64,000 nucleotides of DNA from Candidatus Tayloriibacteriota bacterium (GTDB lineage: Bacteria; Patescibacteriota; Minisyncoccia; Phycocordibacterales; PALSA-1337): assembly GCA_903857825.1 (NCBI GenBank), contig CAIOGI010000006.1:25132-89131 (forward strand), in the 5' to 3' direction. The notes under the pieces are model-generated. The model did not search any database. It saw only the letters and a list, made by a program, of their open reading frames with translations, and was not told the origin of the DNA. How positions within the stretch are numbered: position 1 is the first letter of the stretch; the number at the start of each line of letters is the position of its first letter. A program made the translations under genes and the position numbers. Positions 18,541 through 28,449 of this stretch are shown one piece after another.

Positions 18541-18574
18541 AGGTGGGGAATCTCGGAGCCCGAAGGCGGCAGTG
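18518..18574 (-). ncRNA. Convergent sRNA family 1, copy 1
   Basis: TTGACA-16-TATAAT at 18607-18580; GCC-TTCG-GGC hairpin then CCGAGATTCCCCACC-loop-GGTGGGGTTTCG; homolog at 36144-36204. Confidence 0.7.
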
Positions 18575-18612
18575 CTATTATTATATACCCTTAGAATATA
18601 CTGTCAACCACC

Positions 18613-18921
18613 CTATCTACTCCCCGCTTCGACAGTCACATTGTCCTTCGAATATTCTGCTTTATTTGATCCAAAAAGAAGATTCTTTATATCAGACCAA
18701 GCACCAAAGGCAGATGCGGTTAGAGAGGATACTGGTGTTTCAACTATTACCTCCTCACCATCTTTAATAACATTTTCAGCAATTACTGAAGAGGAATTAA
18801 AACCATAAGATGCCATCCAGCCAGCAAAAACTAAAAATGTAAATGAGAAAGAAACAATAAAAGCAAAACGCTTCTTTACGTGATGAGGTTTTGTTTTTAA
18901 ATTTTCTAAATAGTCATTCAT
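18613..18921 (-). CDS. Small single-TM hypothetical protein
   Basis: KPHHVKKRFAF followed by TM helix. Confidence 0.7.
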   Translation of the reverse strand: MNDYLENLKTKPHHVKKRFAFIVSFSFTFLVFAGWMASYGFNSSSVIAENVIKDGEEVIVETPVSSLTASAFGAWSDIKNLLFGSNKAEYSKDNVTVEAGSR

Positions 18922-18955
18922 GATGATATTTTATCACAAAACAACTTTCATTACA

Positions 18956-19594
18956 CTATTCCTTTGATGAATCAAGTAGCATGATATCCGCCTCCTTGCC
19001 TTCTAGATCCTTTTTCTTCAATGTTAGCTTGGCTTCTGCCTTTGGACTTTCTCCAGCCTCCTTCAAAAATACTTTTAGAGCTTCCTTTGCGCCGATATCA
19101 CCGTAATGCATAGGGATAATGATTTTTGGTTCTAGAGATACAGCAAGCTTATATGCCTTAACGGGATCGAGAACTCCCTCACCACCTATTGGTACAAAAA
19201 GGATATCTATCTCGTCTAATGCTTCAATAGTTTCATTTTTCAATTCAGGAGTATTGATAGCTCCAAGAAAACAAATGTTCATATTTTCGAGAGATACTGT
19301 ATATATAGTATTTATCAAATCTTTGCCACCGTACTTTGACTCTGAAGGAAGACCCTTTATAAAAACCTCCTTTACTTCGTATTCACCTGGACCACTTATA
19401 ACAAAGGGTGTCTTGTCTCCATGACTGACCTGATCTACGCCATTAAAATCCTCGTGATATGTAGTAGAGAGGACAATGTCTGCACCAAAGCGACTAGGCT
19501 TAAGCTTTGAATCCTTTGAAATAGGGTTAAAGGCAAGCGTGGTATCACCAAACTGAACTTTGAAAAACTCCGCTCCGAAATATGTAATAATCAT
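18956..19594 (-). CDS. Metallo-beta-lactamase-fold hydrolase
   Basis: GPGEYEV, IDILFVPIGG, LEPKIIIPMHY. Confidence 0.85.
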   Translation of the reverse strand: MIITYFGAEFFKVQFGDTTLAFNPISKDSKLKPSRFGADIVLSTTYHEDFNGVDQVSHGDKTPFVISGPGEYEVKEVFIKGLPSESKYGGKDLINTIYTVSLENMNICFLGAINTPELKNETIEALDEIDILFVPIGGEGVLDPVKAYKLAVSLEPKIIIPMHYGDIGAKEALKVFLKEAGESPKAEAKLTLKKKDLEGKEADIMLLDSSKE

Positions 19595-19635
19595 AGTATT
19601 GGCATTATATCATAGCGATATGATATCGTTAAGAG

Positions 19636-20316
19636 ATGCAAGAAGATGTATGGGAAGATGAATATAGGAATCCAAAACTCGTTAGTCTAAGTAATGAGCC
19701 AATAAAGGCTATCAAAGATTTTACACGTTTTCTACGTAAAGAGCGTGCCCTTGAACTTTCTAATTTAAATATACTTGATTTAGGCTGTGGAAATGCAAAA
19801 AACAGCTTTTACATAGCAGAGCAAGGTATCGAAAATAAAATAATTGGGATTGATGTGTCTGAAACAGCACTGAAATATGCGAAGGAACTCGCGCCACAAG
19901 GAAATTTTATAAAACATAGCATTGGCACTACCTGGCCCATCAATGATAATTCGCAAGATGTCGTACTCGACGTCACTTCCTCCAATTCCCTTTCAGAAAA
20001 TGAGCGTGAAATATATTTAAATGAAATTCAGCGTACATTGAAGCCTGGTGGATATCTTTTCATTCGTGCTTTATGTAAAGACGGTGATGCAAATGCAAAG
20101 AGTTTACTAAAATCAAATCCAGGAAAAGAAAAAGATACTTATATAATGCCAGAGTTTGGACTTGTTGAGCGAGTTTTCTCGCGTGAAGATTTACTTGCAA
20201 CATATGCACCAATTAGTGAAATGCTTTACTTAGACAAAGAGACACATTACTCGAAGTTTAAAGGCAGAATATACAAAAGAAACTTCTGGGTTGGGGTTTG
20301 GGAGAAAAATAGATAG
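19636..20316 (+). CDS. Class I SAM-dependent methyltransferase
   Basis: ILDLGCGNAKN, GIDVS, RTLKPGG. Confidence 0.9.
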   Translation: MQEDVWEDEYRNPKLVSLSNEPIKAIKDFTRFLRKERALELSNLNILDLGCGNAKNSFYIAEQGIENKIIGIDVSETALKYAKELAPQGNFIKHSIGTTWPINDNSQDVVLDVTSSNSLSENEREIYLNEIQRTLKPGGYLFIRALCKDGDANAKSLLKSNPGKEKDTYIMPEFGLVERVFSREDLLATYAPISEMLYLDKETHYSKFKGRIYKRNFWVGVWEKNR

Positions 20317-20351
20317 TTGGGATATACTGATATTTGAGGTAAAATATTGCA

Positions 20352-21353
20352 ATGGAAGAATTTAAAGTAAATCAAGAAAACTCTGGAATAAACCGCATTG
20401 TTGGTGTTGACGAAGACTTAGAAAAAGAGTTGTTGAAATATTTTGAGCGTGTTTTTGAGAATAACAGTACCGATGGAGAAGAAATAATAAAACCAGCTGA
20501 ACTAGAAAATATAATTGCGAGGATAAATAGTGTTTTAGTTGATTTCTTGGGAAGATACGGAATTAACGCGATTAATATACCTTCAAAAAATATTCATGTA
20601 ATTGATAGGACAAAATTTGATCCTGTCGGTTTGGCGAAGCTACAAGAAAAATTCAAAACTGATAATGGTTTTTTTATTGCCCTCAAACAGGCAATAGGAA
20701 TCCTGAAAGAATATAAGGAAGATGAAAAACTCTCATTCTTGCAGACATTAATTCATGAAATCATGCATTTCGAATCATTTCATTCACTTGAAGAGACAGA
20801 TAGTGAGTTTTCTGAAAGAAATCTTGAAAATGTGGACAAGAGAATTAGTCTAAAGACTCGCAGATCTGGCTTTTCAATTGCAAGCAAAGATGGTGAAATG
20901 ATGTATTTTCATTATATTGATGAGGTGGTAATAACGGAATTGGCAATTAGATTTGAACAACAATATTTTAATGGGTGGCCAGAAGTCAGGGACGAAATAA
21001 ATGAAAGAAATAGATATCTTGAAAGAATGTCAGTGAGAGAAAACATCCCATTAAGTAGATTGATGCTAGGGGCTGCAAGTCTAAGAAGAAAAGTTGACGA
21101 AGATGGAAATGCGAAATATGTAGCTATAACCCACAGTTATAATGACGATAGAATAATATTTCATCAGCTACTAAATCAGTTGTTTGTAAAAAACAAGGAT
21201 ACTTTTGATTCTGAGGAGCAAATATTTAATTTATTTGCAAAGGCGACCTTAACAGGAAAACTGTTGCCAGTAGCAAGATTGATCGAAAAAACATTTGGCA
21301 AGGGCTCTTTTAGAATCATGGGTATAAAGAGCTCCGACAAGTATTCAATTTAA
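20352..21353 (+). CDS. Hypothetical protein with HEXXH zincin-like motif
   Basis: TLIHEIMHFES with downstream DEVVITE. Confidence 0.65.
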   Translation: MEEFKVNQENSGINRIVGVDEDLEKELLKYFERVFENNSTDGEEIIKPAELENIIARINSVLVDFLGRYGINAINIPSKNIHVIDRTKFDPVGLAKLQEKFKTDNGFFIALKQAIGILKEYKEDEKLSFLQTLIHEIMHFESFHSLEETDSEFSERNLENVDKRISLKTRRSGFSIASKDGEMMYFHYIDEVVITELAIRFEQQYFNGWPEVRDEINERNRYLERMSVRENIPLSRLMLGAASLRRKVDEDGNAKYVAITHSYNDDRIIFHQLLNQLFVKNKDTFDSEEQIFNLFAKATLTGKLLPVARLIEKTFGKGSFRIMGIKSSDKYSI

Positions 21354-21537
21354 AACCACCCCTCCTAAACGCAATCTATCTAGATCCCCTAGACTTTTCC
21401 CTCATTTTATACTATAGTATCCCCACGGCTTTTGTACTGCATTTATGGAGTATTTAGGCTATTTATTAACCAACTGCACACGTTAAACCCGCAAATTATC
21501 ATTATTATTAAAAAGCGGATCGTATGCACACAAAATT

Positions 21538-22695
21538 ATGATTAAAGACATTAAGGATGAGGTAAAGGAGGCTGGAGTTGCGGTAGTAAAAAAGGTTAAA
21601 AAGATAAAAGCAGTTGTAGAACCAAAGCTAGACACACTTATGGACAGACTTCTAAACGAGTCTGCAAATCCTCCATTAGTTGGAGAATTGGTTGAGGGTC
21701 CAGTTTTGAATGTAGAAAAGTCAGCAGTATATATTGATCTTGCACCATTTGGTACAGGTATCATTTTTGGTCGTGAATATATTACAGCTAGAGATATTAT
21801 AAAGAAGATAAACATCGGTGATGTTGTAGCGGCAAAGGTTGTTGATACAAATAACAAAGATGGCTATATCGAACTTTCTCTAAAGGAGGCTCGACAGGCA
21901 CTTATCTGGAGTGAGGCAGAAGCTGCTATTAACAATAAGTCAGTCTTGGAACTCCCTATCGTTGAAGCAAACAAGGGTGGTCTTATCATTCAATGGCAAG
22001 GCATTTCTGGTTTTCTACCAGCATCTCAGCTAAAGACTGAACACTATCCTAGAGTTCTAGATGGTGATAAGGACAAGATTCTAGAAGAGCTAAAGAAATT
22101 GATCGGTACAAAGATTTCAGTTTCAATTATTTCTGCTATCCCAAAGGAAGGTAAGCTTATCTTCTCAGAGAAGAGTCCAGAGACAAAGGAAAAGGAAAAG
22201 ATTATCGGCAAATACAAAGTTGACGATGTCATTTCTGGAACTGTTACTGGTATCGTAGACTTCGGCGTCTTCGTAAAGCTAGAAGATGGTCTAGAAGGTC
22301 TAGTCCACATATCAGAGATCGACTGGTCTCTAGTAGAAGATCCTCGTGCCCTATTCAAAGTTGGTCAAAAGCTACAAGTGAAGGTTATCGAGATCAAAGA
22401 AGGCAAGATTTCTCTTTCTCTAAAAGCACTTAAGGAAAATCCTTGGGTTGAAGCTTCAAAAAAATACAAGAAAGACATGGCGGTTCAGGGTGTTGTTATC
22501 AAATTCAACAAGCATGGTGCATTGGCATCTATTGAGGAAGGTATAGCAGGACTTGTGCATGTTTCAGAATTTGGCTCAGAAGAAAAACTAAGAAAGAATC
22601 TAGAGCTAGGAAAGTCATACAATTTCAAAATAACATTGTTTGATGTAAAGGAACAAAAGATGGCATTGTCTTTCACAGGAGAAAAGAAACCCTAA
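21538..22695 (+). CDS. rpsA: 30S ribosomal protein S1 (four S1 domains)
   Basis: NKGGLI, GFLPASQL, DFGVFV...EGLVHISEIDW, GLVHVSE. Confidence 0.88.
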   Translation: MIKDIKDEVKEAGVAVVKKVKKIKAVVEPKLDTLMDRLLNESANPPLVGELVEGPVLNVEKSAVYIDLAPFGTGIIFGREYITARDIIKKINIGDVVAAKVVDTNNKDGYIELSLKEARQALIWSEAEAAINNKSVLELPIVEANKGGLIIQWQGISGFLPASQLKTEHYPRVLDGDKDKILEELKKLIGTKISVSIISAIPKEGKLIFSEKSPETKEKEKIIGKYKVDDVISGTVTGIVDFGVFVKLEDGLEGLVHISEIDWSLVEDPRALFKVGQKLQVKVIEIKEGKISLSLKALKENPWVEASKKYKKDMAVQGVVIKFNKHGALASIEEGIAGLVHVSEFGSEEKLRKNLELGKSYNFKITLFDVKEQKMALSFTGEKKP

Positions 22696-22723
22696 AACAA
22701 AGAGCGCAGCGACTATGTTTTAG
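22692..22723 (+). repeat. Short stem closing GAGCGCAGCGA loop (REP-like mini element)
   Basis: CCTAAAACA/TGTTTTAGG stem overlapping the rpsA stop. Confidence 0.45.
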
Positions 22724-22772
22724 GAGTTCGTCGAGTACTCTCGACGTTAAACAAGCTAAGATGAAAACAATC

Positions 22773-22805
22773 AAGAAAACACCCACGAAAGTGGGGTTTT
22801 CTTTT
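22773..22805 (+). terminator. rpsA terminator
   Basis: CCCAC-GAAA-GTGGG plus T-run. Confidence 0.7.
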
Positions 22806-22841
22806 GCTTGACTGTAGTTAAATTTTTGCTAGTATATAGTA

Positions 22842-22898
22842 ATGAAAGAAACTTTCGGCCGTGGTTTATACACCACACTTGGCGGAGGGTTTTTTTCT
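22842..22898 (+). ncRNA. Convergent sRNA family 2, copy 1
   Basis: TTGACT-16-TAGTAT at 22808-22835; hairpin with core CCGTGGTTTATACACCACA; U-tail; homolog at 59131-59189. Confidence 0.7.
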
Positions 22899-23321
22899 TT
22901 ATATAGACTTTATTGGAAATATTGATATGAGACTTTTTTCTCTTCTTTTAACGCTTTCCTTTATTTGTACACAAAATAGACTTTTATCTAATGTTCTCCC
23001 GTAAAACCGATGTAATATCTCTGATGATTTATTTGGGTTATTTTTTGAATCTTGCCTAATATTTGAATTTTTAATTAAATCTAGGCCGCAAGTATAGTAT
23101 TTCAATCTCCTTGCCCTATCCTTAGGATTCTTTTGCCTGATATGATCCCAGAAGTAATCAAGAAACACCTTCTCATTATTAAAATGTCTTGACCTAACAT
23201 ATGGTCTACGCCTAGTTTTAGATGCAATTTGTTTGTAGATAGAAATTGCCTGAGGGTACACCTCATTATAGCTAGTGCCTGATAGTTTTTTTATCTTAGT
23301 ATTATATATTTTAGAATCCAT
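22899..23321 (-). CDS. Basic hypothetical protein, possible BECR/RelE-like RNase fold
   Basis: FWDH...RRLKYY...HRFYG...FCVQIKE...KSLISIFP; fold assignment is inference from terminal beta-strand pattern. Confidence 0.6.
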   Translation of the reverse strand: MDSKIYNTKIKKLSGTSYNEVYPQAISIYKQIASKTRRRPYVRSRHFNNEKVFLDYFWDHIRQKNPKDRARRLKYYTCGLDLIKNSNIRQDSKNNPNKSSEILHRFYGRTLDKSLFCVQIKESVKRREKSLISIFPIKSI

Positions 23322-23331
23322 CCCCACACCC

Positions 23332-23363
23332 TAACAAAAAGTTATTAAGAAGTTATAAAGAAA
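23332..23363 (-). promoter_or_regulatory. Shared upstream element, partial copy
   Basis: TTTCTTTATAACTTCTTAATAACTTTTTGTTA matches the gene-proximal half of 18044-18105. Confidence 0.75.
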
Positions 23364-23415
23364 AGTGCTGTTTTTAGTAGTTCAAATACAGAAAATATAA
23401 AAAGTAAATAGTAAA

Positions 23416-24111
23416 TTAAGAAAATATCTTAGTCCTCCATATCCCCCACGCCAACGCCCCCACTCCTTCATCCTCCCCCATTCTTTTTGCCAGACTTCGC
23501 ATATATGTTCCGCTCGAGCATTTTACTTTTATTTTTAAAATAGAAAATTTCGTTTCAGACAGGCCTCGAGAAATCACTTCCTCCCATTTCCTCACTATTT
23601 CCTTTTGTCTAAAATCTCCTTTTACTAAAGCAATATTTTTTTTCACCTGATCCAATACTTCTGCGCCGGTCATTTCCCTCTTTCCTAAATCTTCAATAGA
23701 ATATACTTCAACTTCCTTTGTCGGCATATCTTCTGGAACTTCTTTCATTGCAATAATTCGAGATGAATATCTAGGATACTCCTGAACAAACCTCCCGATA
23801 TATTTATTCAAATCAATTTCCCCAACCTCTCCACTCTTTACCCCATCGATCATCCCCAAAACATCATGACTATCAGTAGAAATACCGAAAAGCACATCGA
23901 CTTCGTATTCTTTGTCAAAACCCAGATACTTTTCCTTGTTCTTGCACTCATCACCCACAAGTATTATAAGTTCCCCTTCAGCAAGGGGGTCCAAACGCCC
24001 AGCATAAGTCATGGGTACATCCGAGGTCATGCCATATTCAATACGAATCCTCTCGAGACATTCGAGTGGTGTTTCTCCTAGCTTTTTATATGTATTAATG
24101 ACTTTTTGCAT
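23416..24111 (-). CDS. truB: tRNA pseudouridine(55) synthase TruB-like
   Basis: YAGRLDPLAEG, STDSHD, QEYPRYSS, CSSGTYMRSLA; start moved to MQKVI. Confidence 0.85.
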   Translation of the reverse strand: MQKVINTYKKLGETPLECLERIRIEYGMTSDVPMTYAGRLDPLAEGELIILVGDECKNKEKYLGFDKEYEVDVLFGISTDSHDVLGMIDGVKSGEVGEIDLNKYIGRFVQEYPRYSSRIIAMKEVPEDMPTKEVEVYSIEDLGKREMTGAEVLDQVKKNIALVKGDFRQKEIVRKWEEVISRGLSETKFSILKIKVKCSSGTYMRSLAKRMGEDEGVGALAWGIWRTKIFS

Positions 24112-24133
24112 AATTTTAGTATAATAAATAGAT

Positions 24134-25420
24134 ATGAAACTATCAACAGATCCATACAAGGGCGTGCGTGACTTTTATCCAGATGACATGGCGATTCAAA
24201 ATCAAATATTCGCCATTTGGAAAAGTGTAGCACATAAATACGGCTATCAGGAATATGCAGCCTCAGTTCTAGAGCCAGCAGACCTTTACAAGGCGAAGTC
24301 AGGCGAAGAAATAGTAAATGAGCAAACATATACTTTTACAGATCGTGGAGAACGAGAAGTCACTCTACGTCCAGAAATGACACCAACAGTAGCTAGAATG
24401 GTAGCGGCTAGAAAGCGAGAGCTTGGCTTTCCTTTACGTTGGTTTTCAATTCCTAATCTTTTCCGCTATGAGCAACCTCAGCGAGGCCGTTTGCGTGAAC
24501 ACTGGCAGCTTAATGTGGACATTTTCGGAGTTGAGAGTAATCAAGCAGAAATCGAGGTCATTCAAATAGCCTACGATATCACCTGTGCATATGGTCTAAA
24601 GCCTACAGATTTCGAGGTTCGCATCAACAACAGAAAACTGATGAACTATGTCACGAAGGAAGTCTTTGGACTTGATGATGATATGGCAAAGAAGATTTCA
24701 AAGCTGATAGACAAGAAAAGCAAAGTTCCAGCAGAAACATTCAATCTACTTGCGGAAGAGATACTAAATGAAAAAAGTCAGCAATTCCTCACTTTGATTG
24801 CCTCACAAAATTTCGAAGAATTTACAAAGAACTTGCCTCAGACCAAGGATGAGCACAAGGGTTTGAAGGAAATAAAAGAAGTTATAGAGGCATTAGAGAA
24901 ACTTGGCATTACAAATGCCCGCTTTGATCAGACTCTGATGCGTGGTTTTGATTATTATACTGGAATAGTGTTTGAAGTTTTTGACAAAAATCCTGCAAAC
25001 AGACGTTCTGTATTTGGTGGTGGACGTTATGATGATTTGCTCGACCTATTTGGAGGAGAAAAGGTTCCTGCCTTTGGCTTCGGTGCAGGAGATGTTATAG
25101 CACGTGATTTACTTGAGACTTATGACAAGCTTGCAAAGCCAGAGGCTGTGCATCCAGCTGACATATACATTTGTCTTATGAGCAAGGAGGTTTCAAGTTA
25201 TGGACAGGAACTTGCGCAAACCCTGCGCGAAAAAGGTATGCGAGTAGCCATAGATTTCTCATTCAGAAAACTCGGTGATCAAATAAAAAACGCTGACAGA
25301 ATACATATACCCTATGTAATATGTATAGGTGAAGAAGAAGTAAAAACTGGAAGTTTCAAATTAAAGAATTTAGCAACTGGTGAGCAGAAGGAATATACAG
25401 CTGACACTATTTCTATTTAA
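24134..25420 (+). CDS. hisS: Histidine--tRNA ligase
   Basis: LRPEMT, FRYEQPQRGRLREHWQ, RGFDYYTG, GGGRYD. Confidence 0.97.
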   Translation: MKLSTDPYKGVRDFYPDDMAIQNQIFAIWKSVAHKYGYQEYAASVLEPADLYKAKSGEEIVNEQTYTFTDRGEREVTLRPEMTPTVARMVAARKRELGFPLRWFSIPNLFRYEQPQRGRLREHWQLNVDIFGVESNQAEIEVIQIAYDITCAYGLKPTDFEVRINNRKLMNYVTKEVFGLDDDMAKKISKLIDKKSKVPAETFNLLAEEILNEKSQQFLTLIASQNFEEFTKNLPQTKDEHKGLKEIKEVIEALEKLGITNARFDQTLMRGFDYYTGIVFEVFDKNPANRRSVFGGGRYDDLLDLFGGEKVPAFGFGAGDVIARDLLETYDKLAKPEAVHPADIYICLMSKEVSSYGQELAQTLREKGMRVAIDFSFRKLGDQIKNADRIHIPYVICIGEEEVKTGSFKLKNLATGEQKEYTADTISI

Positions 25421-25426
25421 CTTCAT

Positions 25427-26011
25427 ATGAGAAAAATAACTTTTGACGTTGAAACACGCAACTTATTTCAAGATGTAAATTCCACAGAATCTACAGCTTT
25501 AGATATTTCTGTTGTCTGTATACATGACTCAGCCACCGACCAATACACCAGCTATCTCCAAGAGGATTTTGGTACGCTATGGCCAATACTCGAACAAGCA
25601 GATATGTTAGTAACCTTCAACGGAGATCATTTCGATATTCCCCTACTAAATAAATACTATTCTGGCGATTTAACAAAGATAAAAAGTCTAGATCTACTAG
25701 TAGAAGTCAGAAATGTACTCGGTAAAAGAATAAAGCTAGATACAATAGCTGAGGCAACACTTGGGATAAAGAAAAGCGGACATGGTCTAGAAGCGGTAAC
25801 TTGGTGGAAAACTGGAGAAATAGATAAAATAATAAAGTACTGTATAGATGATGTGAAAATCACCAAGGATGTTTATGACTATGCTATGAAAAATAGCAAA
25901 TTAAAATATAAAGATTTTGGTCCAAATGGACAAATACGAGATATTAAACTAGATACTTCAAATTGGGAAAAGAAAAACGATAGCGCAATGACATTTACAC
26001 TACCGTTTTAA
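25427..26011 (+). CDS. RNase H-like (DEDD/YprB-type) exonuclease domain protein
   Basis: TFDVET, TFNGDHFDIP, YCIDDV. Confidence 0.85.
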   Translation: MRKITFDVETRNLFQDVNSTESTALDISVVCIHDSATDQYTSYLQEDFGTLWPILEQADMLVTFNGDHFDIPLLNKYYSGDLTKIKSLDLLVEVRNVLGKRIKLDTIAEATLGIKKSGHGLEAVTWWKTGEIDKIIKYCIDDVKITKDVYDYAMKNSKLKYKDFGPNGQIRDIKLDTSNWEKKNDSAMTFTLPF

Positions 26012-26056
26012 TCTTTAATTTCCAAAATAAGGATTGAGAAATAGAGCTAAGAAATA

Positions 26057-27565
26057 TTATGGACCATAAGGATCAGCTGATTGTGATAATACAGTACCTG
26101 TTAGACCGCCTGGGATTGCATTTCCGCTATATGTCGGATCAACTCGCACGCAAGTCGTTTCACTTATGGCGGTATATATCGGTGGTTGATTCATTATGGT
26201 AACAGTCTCTATATAATTATTAGTTTCTTTTTGAATCCAGCCATTATTACATCCATTTTGATGTCGAATGAGTGCAAAGGTATTACTTTCTGAACCACCA
26301 GCTGCCACATTACGAACTGAGTATTTCACCCACTTGTCCCATCTTATAGTCTGTACTGTTTGTATACTCCAGCTAGCATTTCCACTTGCATCTGAAGTTA
26401 AAACTTTCCCAGTCAATGGGCCCGTGCCACCAGTTATTTGAAGTGAGGTTGCCTGAAGGCCTGTTGCCTTGACAGTTCCTACCACCTCTAGTTTAGTAGA
26501 TGGATTCGCAGTTCCAATTCCAACATCGCCAGTAATAGAAGCACTCCCTATTGTAGTTAAGTTACCAGAGACATATTGACTACCTACTGCCAAACCCTTA
26601 TAGGCGCCATTATCTGTTGCCAATAATCTTAGCCAACCATCATCTGTTCCTGAATAACCATTTCCATCAAAATAATAATTCCCAATCTTCATATTTCCTA
26701 CTACATCCAACTTTGCTGTTGGATTCATTGTGCCTATTCCAACATTACCACTCGGATTGACCACCAAACGGGCTTGGCCATTCACCCACATCATCATTGA
26801 ATTTGCTGCTCCACCAGTACCATCATGAGCATCACCTATAAATTGTGTATTCGCTGTATTTGTCCACAAACCTCCTGTATTTGCTGAATCACCAGATTGA
26901 ATTCTACCTCCGACTGTTGCGCCTACATTATTTGCAACTCCATTTCCTGATACAGCTAACTTTGTTGTCGGTGTTTGAGTACCAATTCCAACATTACCAG
27001 ACAGATTTCCATTATATATATCTGTTCCATTTGTACTAGTTGCCCATTTTGAAGAACCTCCTGAACCAGGTACTGAGGATGGAGTCGCCCAATATACAGT
27101 ACCTAGACTATCTGCAGAAGTAAGCACCTTGCCTGGTCCAGGAGCATAAACTACATTATTGAGTGTACGAGTTCCAGAAACCTTTATATTTCCTCTTATC
27201 CAAGAATCACCATTAACATCTAGAGTAACTGAAGGCCATTGTCCTGTAGCATAATTAGGTACACCAGCACCGATCTTTCCATACATGACTAGATCAGCAC
27301 TTCCAACTATAGTTTTAAAAAGAGATATCCCACTTGGAACAGCAAAAGAGTACCCGTCAATTAAATTCTGCAAAGAACTAGTTCCTACTGCCATACCTCC
27401 AACTTTTGCTTGTCTAGAAACCCCAACATTTATCGGTGCATCTGTATTACTATTTGGTGGGCTTGAAGGCGCTGGAGTCCATGCTGCAGATGCGTAACTT
27501 ATACCCAGTGCAAGTATTAGTGCCAAGGTTACTATTTTTATATTTTGAATGTTTATATTTTTCAT
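26057..27565 (-). CDS. Secreted fibre/adhesin-like protein with GNVGIGT repeats
   Basis: Signal peptide, WTPAPSSPPNSNTDAPINVG, three G(N/D)VGIGT and two GKVLTS repeats. Confidence 0.75.
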   Translation of the reverse strand: MKNINIQNIKIVTLALILALGISYASAAWTPAPSSPPNSNTDAPINVGVSRQAKVGGMAVGTSSLQNLIDGYSFAVPSGISLFKTIVGSADLVMYGKIGAGVPNYATGQWPSVTLDVNGDSWIRGNIKVSGTRTLNNVVYAPGPGKVLTSADSLGTVYWATPSSVPGSGGSSKWATSTNGTDIYNGNLSGNVGIGTQTPTTKLAVSGNGVANNVGATVGGRIQSGDSANTGGLWTNTANTQFIGDAHDGTGGAANSMMMWVNGQARLVVNPSGNVGIGTMNPTAKLDVVGNMKIGNYYFDGNGYSGTDDGWLRLLATDNGAYKGLAVGSQYVSGNLTTIGSASITGDVGIGTANPSTKLEVVGTVKATGLQATSLQITGGTGPLTGKVLTSDASGNASWSIQTVQTIRWDKWVKYSVRNVAAGGSESNTFALIRHQNGCNNGWIQKETNNYIETVTIMNQPPIYTAISETTCVRVDPTYSGNAIPGGLTGTVLSQSADPYGP

Positions 27566-27688
27566 ATTAATTAATTTTTTAAAGAATAATTACCTAAAAG
27601 ATTAACTTTATATTAATAATACAACAGAAAGCATATAAATGATAAGGATATTTTACGTATCTGTGGATAAGGACTAATATTATATTAA

Positions 27689-28411
27689 TTAAATTCCCGC
27701 CAGTCTTACAGCAATAAACATAACAACAACACCAAGCACAGTCATTAAAGTAGTCCAAAAAGTAGGGTGCTGATGATGACTTTCTGGTAAAAGATCGCTA
27801 GCACCAAGATATAAGAAGAATCCACAGAAGAGTGCCAAAACTATACCCAACACTGATTCGGAAAAGGAAATAATAGTAGATGCTAATATACCAATAACCG
27901 GAGCAAGTGAATTAACAAAAAGCCATCTCAATGCCCTCTTTTTATCCCCACCATTTTTAAGTATTAGACCAATTGTATTAATACCATCAAGGAACTTGTG
28001 TAGTAATACAGCAATAGACACCATTATACCAACGGACACCGAAACCTGAAAAGCAATGCCCACCGCCAAACCATCTAAAAAACTATGGAATGACAAGCTA
28101 CCAGCACCCAAATGCCCCCGATGATTTGTATTTTCACAGTGTTCATCGGCATTGTGATGAGGAGCCACGAAACGATCGATAATCATAAATATAACAAAAC
28201 CCAACACAAGAAACGAGGTAACGGTAGAGATCTCGAATCTTGAGCCTGCAAGTTCAATAGCTTCCGGCAATATATCAAAAAATGCAACACCTATAAGCGC
28301 CCCGGCACTAAAGCCCAAAAGTAGATGCAGTCTATCTTTGAATTTTAAAGCGATAAGACCCCCAAGAAAAGTAGCTAGAAATGACCCTATTGATATCAAA
28401 ATAATAATCAT
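27689..28411 (-). CDS. ZIP family zinc transporter
   Basis: FSAGAL...ILPEA, HSFLDGLAVG, LLHKFLDG, LLPESHH; start moved to MIIILIS. Confidence 0.9.
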   Translation of the reverse strand: MIIILISIGSFLATFLGGLIALKFKDRLHLLLGFSAGALIGVAFFDILPEAIELAGSRFEISTVTSFLVLGFVIFMIIDRFVAPHHNADEHCENTNHRGHLGAGSLSFHSFLDGLAVGIAFQVSVSVGIMVSIAVLLHKFLDGINTIGLILKNGGDKKRALRWLFVNSLAPVIGILASTIISFSESVLGIVLALFCGFFLYLGASDLLPESHHQHPTFWTTLMTVLGVVVMFIAVRLAGI

Positions 28412-28449
28412 ATGGTATAATTTAGTAATTAATATAAACATAACATAAA

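Noticed and set aside
27662-27670. Perfect DnaA box (TTATCCACA on minus strand)
   Set aside because: Isolated; no cluster or dnaA/dnaN nearby, so not called oriC.
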